Below are positions 62,915 to 64,000 of a stretch of DNA of 64,000 bases, piece by piece. The notes beneath the pieces are model-generated. The model was not told the origin of the DNA. It made no database searches and worked only from the letters and a program-made list of their open reading frames with translations. The stretch lies in NCBI GenBank assembly GCA_963768175.1, contig CAVYGQ010000001.1, forward strand, positions 766,305-830,304, written 5' to 3'. The position numbers and the translations under genes were made by a program. Position 1 is the first letter of the stretch. Every line of letters starts with the position of its first letter. The DNA comes from Candidatus Doudnabacteria bacterium. Lineage in GTDB: Bacteria; Patescibacteriota; Doudnabacteria; UBA920.

Positions 62915-64000
62915 TTAACTTTTTATTGGCATTACTAAATAAATATAATCTTTCTTGCCCTCGGGCACAACCAGGCTTGGAGAATTATCGTCAGTCATTT
63001 TTATAATCACGCCTTTTGAGTCAATACTGCTCAAACAATCCAATAAATAATGATAATTTAGCACCAAAGAACCCCCTTTACCCTCAATCTTTGCCGGGAG
63101 CTCGACCGAGCTCTTCCCCAAATCCGGCGACTCAGCTGTTAAAACCATCTGCTGTTTTTCTTCGGAAAAACCCACATTAACACTATTACTGTTTTGCCCA
63201 AACACGGCGGCTGCCCGGAGGGCATTAACAAGCGGGGTCTTTTCGGTGACCGATGTAGTAATAAAGCTTGTGGGAATAATTTGCTGGTAATCTGGATACT
63301 GCCCGTCCACCAAACGGCTTATAATCTGGGTTTCGTTAAAATTAATGGCGGCTTGTGTCCCCGAAAATCGCATTTCCACCTCCCCTTTCTGGTTTCCGAT
63401 TATCCGGGAAAGTTCCACACAAGTTTTTTGGGGGATTATGGCTTCGATAATGCGCCCTAGGTTTTTAGACACCAAAATCCTTTTTTCTGCCAAGCGGTAG
63501 CGGTCAGTAGCCGCGATCCTTAAACCGTTTTCTTCGCACACAAAAAGTATTCCGGAAATTTCCGGCTGTGTTTGGTTGGTTGCTGCTGCAAACACCACTT
63601 GGTCTAAAGCGGTCTTTAGTTCTTGAGAGTTTATATTTAGTGTGTTCAGCCCCTCGACCTCGGGGATTAGCGGAAATTCGTCCGCTGGTAGGGTTTTTAT
63701 GTTTGTGTGGTAATTTTCCACCTCAACAAACAAGGTGTTTTCTTTTGTTTGAATGTTTATGTTTTTGTTTGGTAGATTATTAACCAACTCAACTAGTGTT
63801 TTGCTGGAAACGGTAACTGCGCCTTCTTCCTCAACCTTGCACCTAATATTATTAGTAATGGCAATTTCTAAGTTTGTCGCAGAAACTTTTAGCAACCCCC
63901 CCTCGTTTTTTAAAAGGAGGTTATTTAATATTGGGAGGGTGTTGGAGTTGGATATTATTCTCCCCACAACAGCGAGGCCGTTTTTTAGGTTTTCTTGTGT
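62915..64000 (-). CDS. dnaN: DNA polymerase III beta sliding clamp, 5'-truncated by the window edge
   Basis: ...TLPILNNLLLKNEGGLLKVSATNLEIAI... aligns to DnaN residues of about 20 onward; the frame stays open to position 64000. Confidence 0.9.
   Translation of the reverse strand, partial: TQENLKNGLAVVGRIISNSNTLPILNNLLLKNEGGLLKVSATNLEIAITNNIRCKVEEEGAVTVSSKTLVELVNNLPNKNINIQTKENTLFVEVENYHTNIKTLPADEFPLIPEVEGLNTLNINSQELKTALDQVVFAAATNQTQPEISGILFVCEENGLRIAATDRYRLAEKRILVSKNLGRIIEAIIPQKTCVELSRIIGNQKGEVEMRFSGTQAAINFNETQIISRLVDGQYPDYQQIIPTSFITTSVTEKTPLVNALRAAAVFGQNSNSVNVGFSEEKQQMVLTAESPDLGKSSVELPAKIEGKGGSLVLNYHYLLDCLSSIDSKGVIIKMTDDNSPSLVVPEGKKDYIYLVMPIKS

Overview
This 64-kb window reads as a compact, gene-dense bacterial chromosome segment of roughly 42-45% GC with many alternative start codons and short housekeeping proteins. 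The gene content and architecture suggest a reduced-genome monoderm such as Patescibacteria/CPR, but that is inference. Recognisable housekeeping genes are valS, a class-I aminotransferase, rpoC, rpoB, a Mur-family ligase, a FemAB-family enzyme, ruvA, uvrB, rpsT, polA, pilB, tsaE, tsaB, ruvB, recF and dnaN (partial at the 3' edge, so the window is probably origin-proximal). Accessory content: two restriction-modification or defense loci (7771-9908 and 20844-23004), two toxin-antitoxin pairs (19322-20429 and 53813-54291), a Fic/Doc protein, and a GC-rich probable horizontally acquired two-gene island (radical SAM plus methyltransferase-like, 57180-59050). The most striking locus is a minus-strand block of pilB followed by three paralogous secreted proteins (39757-48527). 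These share a 5' leader or promoter and an N-terminal module of about 150 aa. Their C-terminal domains differ: an HEXXH zinc metalloprotease with Ig-like repeats, a transglutaminase-like cysteine-protease domain, and a large Gly/Thr-rich beta-repeat domain. One paralog carries a 1-nt frameshift inside a 634-bp near-identical recombination tract. Short repeat families are scattered across the window. There is a MITE-like roughly 90-100 bp element with GGCGTCATTCTGAG terminal inverted repeats (4 copies plus 1 partial). There are C/G-rich palindromic elements inserted in-frame into at least five coding sequences, in the manner of Rickettsia palindromic elements. Heptamer tandem repeats occur inside coding sequences and flanking rpoB and rpoC. 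CGAAT-rich conserved promoter or leader modules occur upstream of five unrelated genes. A 1.3-kb insertion splits rpoB from rpoC and holds two cassette-like small-ORF units with conserved flanks. No tRNA, rRNA or CRISPR array was detected by eye. A roughly 500-nt GC-rich structured region (29915-30441) is a candidate ncRNA.
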